NCBI RefSeq assembly: GCF_036365525.1
Contig: NC_090413.1
Coordinates: forward strand, 28,968,262-29,032,261
DNA from: Heterodontus francisci
Lineage: Eukaryota
Reading direction: 5' to 3'
Length of the DNA: 64,000 nucleotides
Below, piece after piece: positions 50,756 to 63,178 of the stretch. A program made the position numbers and the translations under genes. Numbering within the stretch: the first letter of the stretch is position 1; each line of letters opens with the position of its first letter. The notes beneath the pieces are model-generated. The model saw only the letters and a list, made by a program, of their open reading frames with translations, made no database searches and was not told the origin of the DNA.

Positions 50756-50950
50756 ATTTCTTTCTTACAGTATGGTTGCACAGCTCACCCAAAAACAATT
50801 ATTTGCATGTATAACCCCTTCCTCCACTTTAACAGCATGATATCGCCACATCTTTTATTTCAGCTGGCCTATGCCACTCCTTAACCTTCAGCTAATTTAC
50901 TTAATCCTGTTGAGGGAAGAATTGAGAAACCGTCAAAGGGAGCATTGCTG

Positions 50951-53900
50951 GGTAGGCGGTAGCGTAGTGGTATTATCACTGGACTAGTAACCCAGAGACC
51001 CAGGGTATTCCTTTGGGGACATGGGTTCGAATCCCACCACAGCAGAAGGTGGAATTTGAATTTAATTAATAAATCTGGAATTAAAACTAGTCTAATATTG
51101 GCCATGAAACCATTGTCGATTGTGGTAAAAACCCATCTGGTTCACTAATGTCCTTCAGGGAAGGAAATCTGCTGTCCTTATCTGGTCTGGTCTACATGTG
51201 ACTCCAGACCCACACCAAGGGGTTAACTCTTACATGCCCTCTGAAATGGCCCAGCAAGCCACTCAGTTGTATCTAACCGCTACAAATTCTATAAAAAGGA
51301 ATGAAACCAGACGGACCACCCGGCATCGACCTAGGCACCGGAAAGTCCTCCTTACTAACATCTGGGGGCTTGTGCCAAAGTTGGGAGAGCTGTCCCGCAG
51401 ACTAGTCAAGCAACAGCCTGACATAGTCATACTCATGGAATCATACCTTACAGACAATGTTCCAGCCACTGCCATCACCATCTTCGGGTACGTCCTGTCC
51501 CACTGGCAGGACAGACCCAGCAGAGGTGGTGGCACAGTGGTATACAGTAGGGAGGGAGAACCGTGGGAGTCCTCAACATCAACTCCGGACCCCATGAAGT
51601 CTCATGGCATCAGGTCAAACATGGGCAAGGTAACCTCCTACTGATTACCACCTACCGCCCTCCCTCAGCTGATGACTCAGTACTCCTCCATGTTGAACAC
51701 CACTTGGAGGAAGCACTGAGGGTGGCAAGAGCACAAAATGTACTCTGGGTGGGGGACTTCAATGTCCATCACCAAGAGTGGCTCGGTAGCACCACTACTG
51801 ACCGAGCTGGCCGAGTCCTAAAGGACATAGCTGCTAGACTGGGTCTGCGGTAGGTGGTGGGGGAACCAACACGAGGGAAGAACATACTTGACAGTATTGG
51901 TAGGAGTGACCACCACACAGTCCTTGTGGAGACGAAGTCCCGCCTTCACATTGAGGATACCGTCCATCGTGTTGTGTGCCACTATCACCGTGCTGAATGG
52001 GATAGATTTCGAACAGATCTAGCAATGCAAAAGTGGGCATCCATGAGGCGCTGGGGGCCATCAGCAGCAGCAGAATTGTACTCAACCACAATCTGTAACC
52101 TCATGGCCCGGCATATCCCCCACTCTACCATTACCATCAAGCCAGGAGACCAACCCTGGTTCAATGTAAAGTGAAGGAAGGCATGCCAGGAGCAGCACCA
52201 GGCATACCTCAAAATGAGGTGTCAACCTGGTGAAGCTACAACCCAGGACTACTTGCATGCCAAACTGCGTAAGCAGCGTGCGATAGACAGAGGTAAGCGA
52301 TCCCATAACCAACGGATCAGATCTCAGCTCTGCAGTCCTGCCATATCCAGCCGAGAATGGTGGTGGACAATTAAACAACTAACTGGAGGAGGTGGCTCCA
52401 CAAATATCCCCATCCTCAATGATGAGGGAGCCCAGCACATAAGCGAGAAAGATGAGGCTGAAGCATTTGCAACAATCTTCAGCCAGAAGTGCCGAGTTGA
52501 TGATCCATCTCGGCCTCCTCCTGAAGTCCCCAGCATCACAGATGCCAGACTTCAGCCAATTCGATTCACTCCACGTGATATCAAGAAACGACTGAAGGCA
52601 CTGGATACTGCAAAAGCTATGGGCCCTGACAATATTCCGGCAATAGTACTGAAGACCTGTGCTCCAGAACTTGCGGTGCCCCTAGCCAAGCTGTTCCAGT
52701 AGAGCTACAACACTGGCATCTACCCTGCAATGTGGAAAATTGCCCAGGTATGTCCTGTACACAAAAAGCAGGACAAATCCAACCCAGCCAACTACCGCCC
52801 CATTAGCCTACTCTCAATCATCAGTAAAGTGATGGAAGGTGTCATCAACAGTGCCATCAAGCGCCACTTGCTTAGCAACAACCTGCTCAGTGACTCTCAG
52901 TTTGGGTTCCGCCAGGGCCACTCAGCTCCTGACCTCATTACAGCCTTGGTTCAAACATGGACAAAAGAGCTGAACTCAAGAGTTAAGGTGAGAGTGACTG
53001 CCCTTGACATCAAGGCAGCATTTGGCAAGGTATGGCATCAAGGAGCCCTAGCAAAACTGAGGTCAATGGGAATCAGGGGGAAAACCCTCCGCTAGCTGGA
53101 GTCATACCTAGCGCAAAGGAAGATGGTTGTGGTTGTTGGAGGTCAATCATCTGAGCTCCAGGACATCACTGCAGGAGTTTCTCAGGGTAGTGTCCTAGGC
53201 CCAACCATCTTCAGCTGCTTCATCAATGACCTTCCTTCAATCATAAGGTCAGAAGTGTGGATGTTCGCTGATGATTGCACAATGTTCAGCACCATTCGTG
53301 ACTCCTCAGATACTGAAGCAGTCCGTGTAGAAATGCAGCAAGACCTGGACCATATCCAGGCTTGGGCTGATAAGTGGCAAGTAACATTCGCACCACACAA
53401 GTGCCAGGCAATGACCATCTCCAACAAGAGAGAATCTAACCATCTCCCCTTGACATTCAACGGCATTACCATCGCTGAATCCCCCGCTATCAACATCCTA
53501 GGGGCTACCATTGACCAGAAACTGAACTGGAGTAGCCATATAAATACCGTGGCTACAAGAGCAGGTCAGAGGCTTGGAACCCTGAGGCGAGTAACTCACC
53601 TCCTGACTCCCCAAAGCCTGTCCACCATCTACAAGGCACAAGTCAGGAGTGTGATGGAATACTGTCCACTTGCCTGGATGGGTGCAGCTCCAACAATACT
53701 CAAGAAGCTCGACACCACCCAGGACAAAGCAGCCTGCCTGATTGGCACCCCATCTACAAACAGTCACTCCGTCCACCACCGACGCACAGTGGCAGCAGTG
53801 TGTACCATATACAACATGCACTGCAGCAATGCACCAAGGCTCCTCAGACAGCACCTTCCAAACCCGCGACCTCTACCAACTAAAAGGACAAGGGCAGCAC

Positions 53901-54164
53901 ATCCATGGGAACACCACCACCTGCAAGTTCCCCTCCAAGTCACACACCATCCTGACTTGGAACTATATCGCCATTCCTTCACTGTCGCTGGGTCAAAATC
54001 CTGGAACTCCCTTCCTAACAGCACTGTGGGTGTACCTACCCCACATGGACTGCAGCGGTTCAAGAAGGCAGCTCACCAGCACCTTCTCAAGGGCAATTAG
54101 GGATGGGCAATAAATGCTGGCCTGGCCAGTGATGCCCACATCCCATGAATGAATTTTTAAAAAA
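50951..54164 (+). mobile_element. Near full-length single-ORF non-LTR retrotransposon (AP-endonuclease + RT; CR1/L2 group) with a tRNA-like 5' head
   Basis: A box tagcgtagtgg, B box ggttcgaatcc; ORF from ~51246 (MAQQATQL) through EN (TNIWGL, PDIVILMES, GDFNVH, SDH) and RT (NYRPISLLS, QFGFR, ALDIKAAF, QGSVLGP, FADD); one frameshift and 4 stops. Confidence 0.9.
50960..51035 (+). promoter_or_regulatory. Type-2 Pol III internal promoter (A box/B box) at the LINE 5' end
   Basis: TAGCGTAGTGG matches TRGCNNARYGG; GGTTCGAATCC is a perfect B box. Confidence 0.7.
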
Positions 54165-54372
54165 CACATTTCACCATTAACACCAACAGTGTTTTCATGG
54201 CATCCCTGTGAAGCTTCTGTGCCTCCTTAATCCCAATGAGCTAATTCTTAGCTTGTTCTTTTCAGAACAGAAGATTACAGTGCAATCCAATAATTCAATG
54301 ATAAATGCCCCTTATTGCTCCAAGCATAACACAGAATATGAGTCAAGAAAAAATTGTTCAAGTGGAACTTAC

Positions 54373-54687
54373 AGTAAGTTTGCAGAGTCACAGAGGAGTT
54401 TGTGATTGGTTTTGTGGTGTTTGAGCCCAAGTCCACCTCTGCCAAGCAGGTGTACTCCTGTCCATCATCTGACATACTTGCAGTGAATTGGAAGATGTTC
54501 CTCAATCTTTTATCTTCATCCGGGAAACCTTCTTCTCCTGTGAAATTCCTCTGAACAATCTCACTCCCTCTCAGCCATGTGAGTTTGAGTTTATTGTTTG
54601 GATAGACCCTCGGACCAATACACTCCAGACTATATGTTTTGTTAACTTCCAGCACTTCAGGAGGTGATGTAATGTTTAACTCTCGAT
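54373..54687 (-). CDS. Gene A Ig domain 2 exon
   Basis: Canonical AG/GT, 315 nt; 6 nt differences from 28525-28839. Confidence 0.92.
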
Positions 54688-54900
54688 CTGTTAAAAGAAG
54701 TTAACAGGAATCATTGAAACAATATGTATCTGAATACAACCAGTTTACTCCTCTTTCCCCTCAACATATGTACATTTCACTCAGCAAGCAAAAAGTCTCT
54801 GTGTGCAGTAAAAGTTATCCCAAAAAAATGCTTGTGGTCCAACGAGCCCCATTAATGTTCATATAAACATTGATTTTAAACTTGCTGGGAAGAGAAGGCC

Positions 54901-55373
54901 TGTTACAAGGGCTCCCAGACAATTAGCTGAAAAGCATTTGCATACTAACAGACAGTACTTGTGGAGACAAAAGGACCATTCCCTGACACATTCAACCCAA
55001 AATGGATTTTGATAACCAGACATTGAAGGTGTAAGGAAGATCATTCCAGAGACTGCTAAGGTGATACAATCCGCAAAAGCCAGGACTGGTTAAACCAGCT
55101 GGTCACCTGACTAACTGGCTGGTCCAGGGTTTTCTGAACTAGCCACAGAGTTTTTGAACTCAGAAAGAAAGACTGTTTTCTCCTTGAGTGAGAAGACCTG
55201 TCCTATGAAAACCTGTCTGGCTGGTCTCTTTGCCTTATAATTGGAAAGTGGTGAACAAGGATTCACCAAGGGGGAGCTAAAAAAACGGTGTGTTTCAAAT
55301 TCAACCCTGTTATGGTAAGACCAGGTAAAGGCTGAGAGAGAACCCTAGACCCCTTTTTTACCTGGTCGTAACA
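54901..55373. mobile_element. LTR-like remnant
   Basis: TGTTAC...GTAACA termini; the reverse-complemented end resembles the 5' end of the LTRs at 23422/25061; no TSD seen. Confidence 0.45.
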
Positions 55374-55519
55374 CTATGGACTTCCTTCCCCTCCAAATAT
55401 CCACTGTCACGCAATACTATATGTGTACAGCAAAAAGAAGTTTGTCACAACCACATATGTACCTTATGGTTTGTTATCCCTCACTAAGAGCAGCACACTG
55501 ATTCGATTTGGAGACTTAC

Positions 55520-55777
55520 TGTATACGGTTATCGTTTCCCTCTGCAACCTACTTTCTGATGAGCATTTTACATAACATGCCACTGAGATAGACCACGATT
55601 GGATACTTGAGGAAGAAACTGCACGCCATTGAGTACCATGTGTTAAATTATGTTTTATTCCTTCGATTATTATTGTTTCTGTTGCACATGTTGTACTGCA
55701 GTTCACCACCAAAGAGTCTCCAAATGCCACAGCCAGGGGGTTTGCATTGATTTGTATATCAAATCCAGCCATGATTT
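55520..55777 (-). CDS. Gene A Ig domain 1 exon (ICAM-type 4-Cys domain)
   Basis: ctcggcAG acceptor, A|GTAAGT donor, 258 nt; EIMAGFDIQINANPLAVAFGDSLVVNCSTTCATETIIIE...W...VACYVKC...ITVY. Confidence 0.9.
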
Positions 55778-55865
55778 CTGCCGAGTAAACAAATGACAGT
55801 AATTATAGGAACATGGAAAGCATTAAGAGCATGAACTGTTCTGAGTAAATCCCCAAGCCTTTTAA

Positions 55866-55996
55866 ACAGAAAAATACTGCAGATGCTGGAAATCTTAAAT
55901 AAAAACATAAAATGCTGGAAATACTCAGCATGTCTGGCAGCATCTGTTGGCAAAGAATTAACATTTCAAGTTCATGGCCTTTCATCAGAACTGGAC
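55866..55996 (-). mobile_element. Short Penelope-related terminal fragment with a hammerhead-like core
   Basis: Reverse complement: agttCTGATGAaaggccatgaacttGAAAtgttaatt. Confidence 0.6.
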
Positions 55997-56099
55997 AAGA
56001 TCATTGCTTGGCTCTTTTATTTCTATCTCAAATTACTTCAGTGCATCTCTGCCCAAAATTTTTATTACACTTGGCAGAATTATGAATACTCAATGGAAG

Positions 56100-56820
56100 G
56101 ATGGCATGGCAGGAACCTAGGGGAGAAGAATGCACAACATCACTCATTCAGACCTCCTACCCCTTCTAGGGGCAATGAAGACAGGAAGAGCAGATTCCTG
56201 GGAGTGGGTGGCATGAAGTTACCAAGGCATCAAAAATAGATCTCCAGCACCTCAATGGTCCTCTCATTCATGTCTGATAGCTGCATGGGCCTCTTCTGCC
56301 TATGTTTGGGCTAGCCAAAGTCAAGTCATCATCCCAGAGGTGTCACACATTATCTGCACATTTATACAGTGAAATTCCTTCCTGTTATCATGGATGAGAG
56401 GGTGCTCTATGGACACCTTCAATGCTGTGTGGACGTCATTGATGTACTTTGGGGAAGCCAGGATCCCCATAGAACTGTATGGCCCTTTTTCTCTCTGCTG
56501 CCTGGTTATGTGACAAAGCTAAAGAAATGTGTTGCTCTGCTGCACAGGGCAGTGAACTGGTAAATACATGCTTGTACTGCTCACTGGTTTATTGTAGAGA
56601 TTTCCCTGTAGCTGCCTGAAAGGGGCCTCAGAGATAAAAATTGAGGACAGCGGTGAACTTCATTGCCACAGTGAGCATATTGCTGGCAAATGAGTGTGGA
56701 TTGAGATCTTCATGTAACAGCTCACAGAGATGGCCAATTGCAGCTTTTGAGAAATGAACACTAATGATGCAGAGCCTGTCAGTGAACCTCATAGGACCTG
56801 GTCTGCCTATAAATTCTTTG
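56100..56820 (-). mobile_element. PIF/Harbinger transposase remnant
   Basis: MLTVAMKFTAVLNFYL*GPFQAATG ... GFPKV ... NRKEFHCINVQIMCD. Confidence 0.7.
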
Positions 56821-57689
56821 TTGAGGTTACTATCTGTGGGCTGTATCTTCTGTCATTATGCCTGATTCTCCATCGCTGTAACTTGTGCTGCTCTACTTCC
56901 TCCATAGTATTGGTGTAGACTGGAATCCTGAGGAGAAAAGCCATACTTGATCTGTGGGGATGTTGGTGAGGGAGGGGTAGAGGGTGGGGGTCCATAAATC
57001 ATTGGGTGGTCTGACCCAGGAGGAGACAGTGAAACTTTCGTACAGGTCTCAGTAGGAAATCAAGCAAATAAGGTTGAAAAAATGTTTCCAAATTGCGGAA
57101 ATTAATAAGCAAAGTTTGCAGCCGCTTCAAAACTCACAAATGCCTCACTTCTACTTTGATCAAGTGATGCATGTTACATCTCAAACAACTAGGCGGTGAA
57201 GGGTAGAACTGGAGCCTAGTCTTTATACACTTACAAGCTCCTATTCACAAAAAGAAAGACTTGCATGTATATAGTGCCTTTCACCTCCAAACCAACCACC
57301 ACAGGTTTAGCCTGCTCCTATATATATGAATCCCCCAGTTAATGCCATCACGTGAATACAATTAAACACACAATTAGTGTACACAATTAACACTGCACCT
57401 CATAAATCTGGATCTGACTGACCCAAAGTACAATATGGCATAAATCCAGGAAACTTGTAACTACATGGACCTTAGTTTAATCATATTCATTGTATGCATG
57501 CGGTTTCAAGTGAGAGAGATAGACCAAATATAAACCATACCAGTTTCTCCCAAAGCACTTCATTGAACACCATTATCTTTAACATCTTTGTAGTGTTGGA
57601 ATGGCACAGAAATGAATTTTAGCAAGGAACATGGAATTAAGAAATTTGCACTGCTTTCCACCTTTATATCATTTCCCCCATGTTTTGTT

Positions 57690-58031
57690 TATTTTTTATT
57701 ATTTTATTTAGAGATACAGCACTGAAACAGGCCCTTCGGCCCACCGAGTCTGTGCCGACCATCAACCACCCACTTATACTAATCCTACATTAATCCCATA
57801 TTCCTACCACATCCCCTCAATTCCCCTACCGACACTAGGGGCAATTTATAATGGCCAATTTACCTATCAACCTGCAAGTCTTTGGCTGTGGGAGGAAACC
57901 GGCGCACCCAGCGGAAACCCACGCGGTCACAGGGAGAACTTGCAAACTCCGCACATGCAGTACCCAGAATCGAACCTGGGTCACTGGAGCTGTGAGGCTG
58001 CGGTGCTAACCACTGCGCCACTGTGCCGCCC
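57690..58031 (-). mobile_element. Full-length HE1-type SINE
   Basis: Reverse complement of the 24370 type. Confidence 0.9.
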
Positions 58032-58910
58032 TATTCTTGCAATCATTTTGGTCCTTTCCATGATCTGCCTGGTGCAATCCACTAGGTGTATTTGCATACT
58101 TGCACCTGTAAGCCAGCAACACTGGGCCAGTTTCAGGACTCATTATTAGCTATCGCTAGTCCTACAATAGACCCACAATTCAGTTGGAAGGGGCACCATT
58201 TCTGCCTAAATTAGTGTGAAATCCCTGTAACCTTCAATCCAATTTCTATCCGTCCCTTTTTGAATGTATTAGTCACTCTTTTTTAGGCATCTCATCCACT
58301 CCAGCAAGGACAGAGGTGGTGGCTCAGGTGAAACTGATGTAAAGAAAGGTGAGTTGGTTGCAGAAGTCTGAGATGCAGGAGGGATTCTGCTGTTCTACAT
58401 TGCTGTAAATGGAAAAATTGTTGCTGGGGTTTTTCCTCAATTACCCTATCCAGAAATTCAGTTTATGTGTTGATCAGTCTTGATGTGAAGAACTTTCTAA
58501 CACCTGTCCTAAATTAGCCTCTACTGTATCATACTGTCAGCTTAATGGGAGTGCTCCAAGCCTGCTTTGTTAATAAAATCACTTCCTTTCAAGGCTGAAA
58601 TCTCAGGCTTCATGACTCTTTCCTCATATCTCAGTCTGACATTATCATTCTTCCAGATTAACACTAAACTTCCTGCAGGAAAGATTTGTCCCTGGTCCTG
58701 TGTTCAATATCTCATTAGATCACATCCTTTCAAAATCCTAACTGTTTTCTTAATCATGACTCCCTAAGCCCACAGGCAGTGCCTCAGTTTAACATCTTAT
58801 CCAAATAACAACTTTCTGGACAATGCAGCCCTCCTTCTGTATGGTAATTAATGTTAACCAAGATCAGGGGTATATAAACTTTCAAAGCAGAGAGGTGTAT
58901 CACACTAATG

Positions 58911-59626
58911 CAGAGGTCTGCAACCTTTTTTTTACCTGAAGAGCCTTTTTTATAAAAAAAGTTGCCTAAAATAAAAACTGTTGAGAGCCGCAAGACAAAA
59001 ATTCAGCATTTCTAAACCAAATACATGACAAATTGCTAAGTGTCTCTGGTAGAATGCTTAATTTGCATATATATGTATCAGTAGGAAAAAAATCGAAATT
59101 AAAATAGACCTAACTCTGAATTATCGCATTTTTGACTTTTTTTTTACCAGAATTGTGTCAGTAAAGTCATCTTTAAAACAATTTTTAACTTAAGATGTGT
59201 ATAACTAAGACAATTTTTTCAGGTATTGATTGTTGTGATGTTTAAAAAAAAGCTTCTAATAGCACAATCAGAATAATTAATCCTCTCAGCTATGTTAGGA
59301 ACTATAATGGTTTCAGCCATTAAACCTGGCCTTTGAATCCAAGGCATTATCTATAAATACAGTGTAACTCTACCACTCAAAGAGCTTTATAGGTTTATTT
59401 AGAGAACAATTATATTTTTCATTAAAATAATAATTTGGAACTGTAAAGTGCAGCATAACGATTAGCTTTTTATCACCACAATAAAAACACAGCTCTTACT
59501 TTGCTTGACTTAATTATTTTTAGGCTTTTTTCATGTTAATGTGATCCAACTGGAAAAGGCTGGAAGCCACAAATGAAATGTTAAAGAGCCACATGCGGCT
59601 CCGGAGCCGCAGGTTGCCGATCCATA
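58911..59626. mobile_element. Non-autonomous hAT (Charlie-like) DNA transposon
   Basis: Imperfect TIRs cagaggtctgcaacct / aggttgccgatccata; 8-bp TSD cactaatg / cactagtg. Confidence 0.75.
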
Positions 59627-60339
59627 CACTAGTGAATGGACTGCAATGACTGAAGCTCTTTTAGCCAAGCAGAAATATGGCTGACCCAATATTATAGTAT
59701 TCTCACATTTAAAAATACACTTTCTATTTGTTGCTACAATTAATTTCATTTGTTGCTTTCTTTGTTTATTTCACCTCAGGAACTCAGCATCGGTAACAAC
59801 CTTGAGTGTAAACCTCCTCTACTTCTAGAATTGAGAACAATGATCATATTGGCTCTAATGGGGCAACTAAATAAATGTACAATGAATTAACATTCAAATA
59901 TAGACTGATAAATATATTTTACCCAAATCAGCGTATTATACAACAGAGCACCTTGGCGATCAAATATATAACTGGAAGATTATAAAATAGCTACCACTGA
60001 GATTTACACCTACAGACTAACACTGTGAGTATTGACAATAAATTCCTCAGCTGTACCTGTCACTGTGGAATACAAAAGTTTGATGCACAAATTCTCCCTT
60101 GAGATATTTAAAATAATAACAGCATTTTATGCTTTTTATCTCAGCCTCTCAAGAAATGGCAGTAAACATCAATCCAACATCTGTTCGTATTAAAACAGAA
60201 TTTCTCAATTCAACAAATGAATAATGAGAAAAATATTTGTTACACAAAATACTTTACAGGTCACTGCTTGTGTTTAATGGTCTCAATGAGATGAATATTA
60301 TCGGAACATACCGTGCTGCTTTGTTATTCCAACATATGA

Positions 60340-60600
60340 AAGATCATAGAATCTTACAGTACAGAAGGAGGCCATTCGGCCCATCGTGTCTGCACCAGCT
60401 TTCTGGAAAATCCAATTAATGCCACTTCCCAGCTCTTTGCCGATTGCAATTTTTCCCTCTTCAAGTATATATAAAATTTTCCTTTGGAGGTTACTTTTGA
60501 ATCTCCTTCCATCACTCTTTCAGGCAGTGCAGTCCAGATCACCACTCCCTGTGTAAAAATAGGATCTCCTCATCTCCCCATTGGTTATTTTGCTAATTTG
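60340..60600 (-). mobile_element. CR1 3' fragment
   Basis: WTALPERV motif and CR1 tail. Confidence 0.7.
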
Positions 60601-61266
60601 TTTGGTTTATTTAATACTTCATTTAAAGTTTATTACATTTTTAATTATTCTGTGGTTCTATCTCATAAAACATGATCCTCGTCATGTACTTAATTAAACA
60701 GTTAGTGTACCAACTTCTCTGCACCGATACTACCAAAACCCGCTTGTCCATTCCGGCGCAGGAGCCGCTGACGCGAAAATCGGAATCGTATAAAATTCTG
60801 CAGCTGGCACACAGGGTGCCCAAGCAACTTAAAGCAGAGGAGCTGGCCCACTTATCCAGATCCCCATGATCCGAACCAGAGAAAAACTCCTGTTCACTAA
60901 AATACCCAAGATCTAGATCAATGTATGGTGAAGTATTGAATAAAACCTGAGAGAGAGCTGAGGCTGATAGTTAATTGAGAGGAGTTCAGGGAGAACTCGG
61001 CGATTTTCAATCGTTGGAGAGCAAGTGTTGTTAGAAATGCAATCAAAATTTCGAAAAACTTTTTTTTAAAAACTAAGTGAGCTTCAGAAAATGCAGCTGT
61101 ATTTAATACACGCCGGTAGACAGACAGTTAGCAATACAAAGTCACCTCTACCAACCAGTGCTGGAACTGCTAAACTGTTATCAAATGTACAGTAAACCGC
61201 AAAAACCACCAGCAACACTAACACAGACTGAATACTGTATAAACACTGAGCAAACATGCAATTTAC

Positions 61267-61333
61267 CTGTTACAGTAAAAAAACAGGTATAAAAGCAAAT
61301 ATATCCCAGCCGCGAAGTGAGTCTGAAACCCAT
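61267..61333 (-). CDS. Leader (signal peptide) exon of ICAM/VCAM-like gene A
   Basis: MGFRLTSRLGYICFYTCFFTVT + G|GTAAAT, phase 1, in frame with the domain 1 exon giving ...VTEIMAG/FDIQ; nearby sequence is relatively CpG-rich. Confidence 0.75.
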
Positions 61334-61554
61334 AGTTTAGCCGTTACAAACACAAAATCTTGAGAAATTGTTTTTCCAGATTTCTAATCCTAAAAGGTTC
61401 GTACGCACGCCGGACTTGAGTTAAAACGAATCGTTTTTAGAATGACCGGAAAATAAAGAGACATAGCTACAGGCAGGTTTAAAGGATATGAGCCTCCTCC
61501 TTTTGTAAAAGGTCCTCAGGGCTGTTCTGCCAGTAATCCTTTTGTACCACATTC

Positions 61555-61873
61555 AGTTTGTAGGATGTGGGCGTCGCTGGCTAGGGCAGCACTTATTACC
61601 CTTGAACTGAGTGGCTTGCAAGGCCATTTCAGAGGGCATTTTAAGAGTTACCCACATTGCTGTGGGTCAGGCGAGACCAGGTAAAGACGGCAAATTTCCT
61701 TCCCTAAAGCACATTAGCGAACCACATTTCATAGTCATCATTAGATTGGCTTTGTAATTCTAGATTTTATTAACTTAATTCAAATCTCACCATTTCACGC
61801 ATGTCCCCGGAGCATTAGCCTGAGCTTTGGATTACGAGTCCAGTGACATTATCACTATGCCACCGCCTCCCCT
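61555..61873 (-). mobile_element. Second copy of the bipartite tRNA-head SINE
   Basis: Reverse complement: ggggaggcggtggcatagtgataatgtcactggac ... gcaagccactcagtt|caagggtaataagtgctgccctagccagcgacgcccacatcc. Confidence 0.8.
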
Positions 61874-61927
61874 ACCGTCAATTTAAAACTAGAGGTAGGC
61901 TATGTATACAGAGAACTAAAGGCCTGC

Positions 61928-62340
61928 TACCCAACCCGAATCCGACAGGACCCGATGACATGTGTCGGGTTCGGGTCGGGTCTGATCACTCTTCCGGGTC
62001 CGGCTTTCAGGCTCGGCTCGGGTTGGGCCGGGGCCGGGTCCGGGTCCGGGTCCGGGTCGGACTCACACAGCAAGAAGTGTTACAAGTAAAAAGCCTACCT
62101 GAGCTGGGGGTCCGGGACGTCAAGGAGGGTAACTCTGAGTCTGCACAGTGAGCGAGTGAGCGTCTCTATGACATCATCACACTCATGCTGCAGCTTCCTG
62201 CAGATTGGGAGTTGCAAGGTAGGGAAAGGGAACATTCCGGTGGTGGGGTCGGGTCGGGTCAGGCGTGGGAAAAAAATGGAGGGACTTGGGCGGGTCGGGC
62301 TTGGGCCCGATGTGGTTCGTTTGGGTTCGGGTCAGGTTTT
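61928..62340. repeat. GC-rich element with (gggtc/gggtcc)n arrays, possible MITE
   Basis: acccaacccgaatccgac at the left vs ttgggttcgggtcagg at the right; internal pentamer/hexamer repeats. Confidence 0.5.
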
Positions 62341-62779
62341 ACAGAGAACTACGTATATAAATGCAACATTTTATACAAAAGCAAAATACAGCGGATGCTG
62401 AAAATCTGCAATAAAACAGAAAGTGCTGTAAATACATCGACTTGAAATGTTAACTCTGTTTCTCTCTCCACAGATGAAGCCAGAACTGCTGACTATTTCC
62501 AGCACTTCCTGTTTTTATTTAAAAATTCCAGTTCGTTGGCAGGAGTTACTCCCTTTAAAAACATTTCTAACTAGCTGAAATGCAGTTTAAAGAAAAAGAA
62601 AATACATAAAAATTACAACAAAGAAACAGGTTCTTTTGCCCAATTAGTCCCTGCCCAGGTTTTTCTTCCACAGGAGCAAATACTTCCAATCATAGTAACA
62701 GGCGCTCGACCCATATCCTTTTATCCCCTCCCTTTCATCCACCAATCCAATCTAATATCGTAAACTATATTCTTTAATT

Positions 62780-63178
62780 TATTCATTCATGGGATGGAGG
62801 CATCGCAGGCAAGGCCAGCATTTATTGCCCATCCTTCATTGCCCTTGAGAAGGTAGTGGTGAGCTGCCTGCTTGAACTGCTGCAGTCCACGTGCTGTTAG
62901 GAAGGGAGTTCCAGTATTTTGACCCAGTGACAGTGAAGGAACAGCGATATAATGCCAAGTCAGGATGGTGTGTGGCTTGGAGGGGAATTTGCAGGTGGTG
63001 GTGTTCCCATGCATCTGCTGCCCTTGTCCTCCTAGGTAGCAGAGGTTGCGGGTTTGGAAGGTGCTGTCGAAGGAGCCTTGGGGTGTTGCTGCAGTGCATC
63101 TTGTAGCTGGTACACACTGCTGCCACTGTACGTCGGCGGTGGAGGAGTGAACATTTAAGGTGGTGATGGGGTGCTGAT
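62780..63178 (-). mobile_element. 3' end of the tRNA-headed LINE family
   Basis: HRRRTVAAVC motif and shared tail. Confidence 0.85.

Noticed and set aside
34283-55777. Antigen-receptor (Ig/TCR/IgNAR) V segments
   Set aside because: Domains are ICAM-type I/C2-set with ordinary splice sites; I saw no heptamer-nonamer RSS adjoining the exons.
62015-62060. CRISPR-like or coding repeat array
   Set aside because: Simple gggtcc tandem repeat without spacers in eukaryotic DNA.
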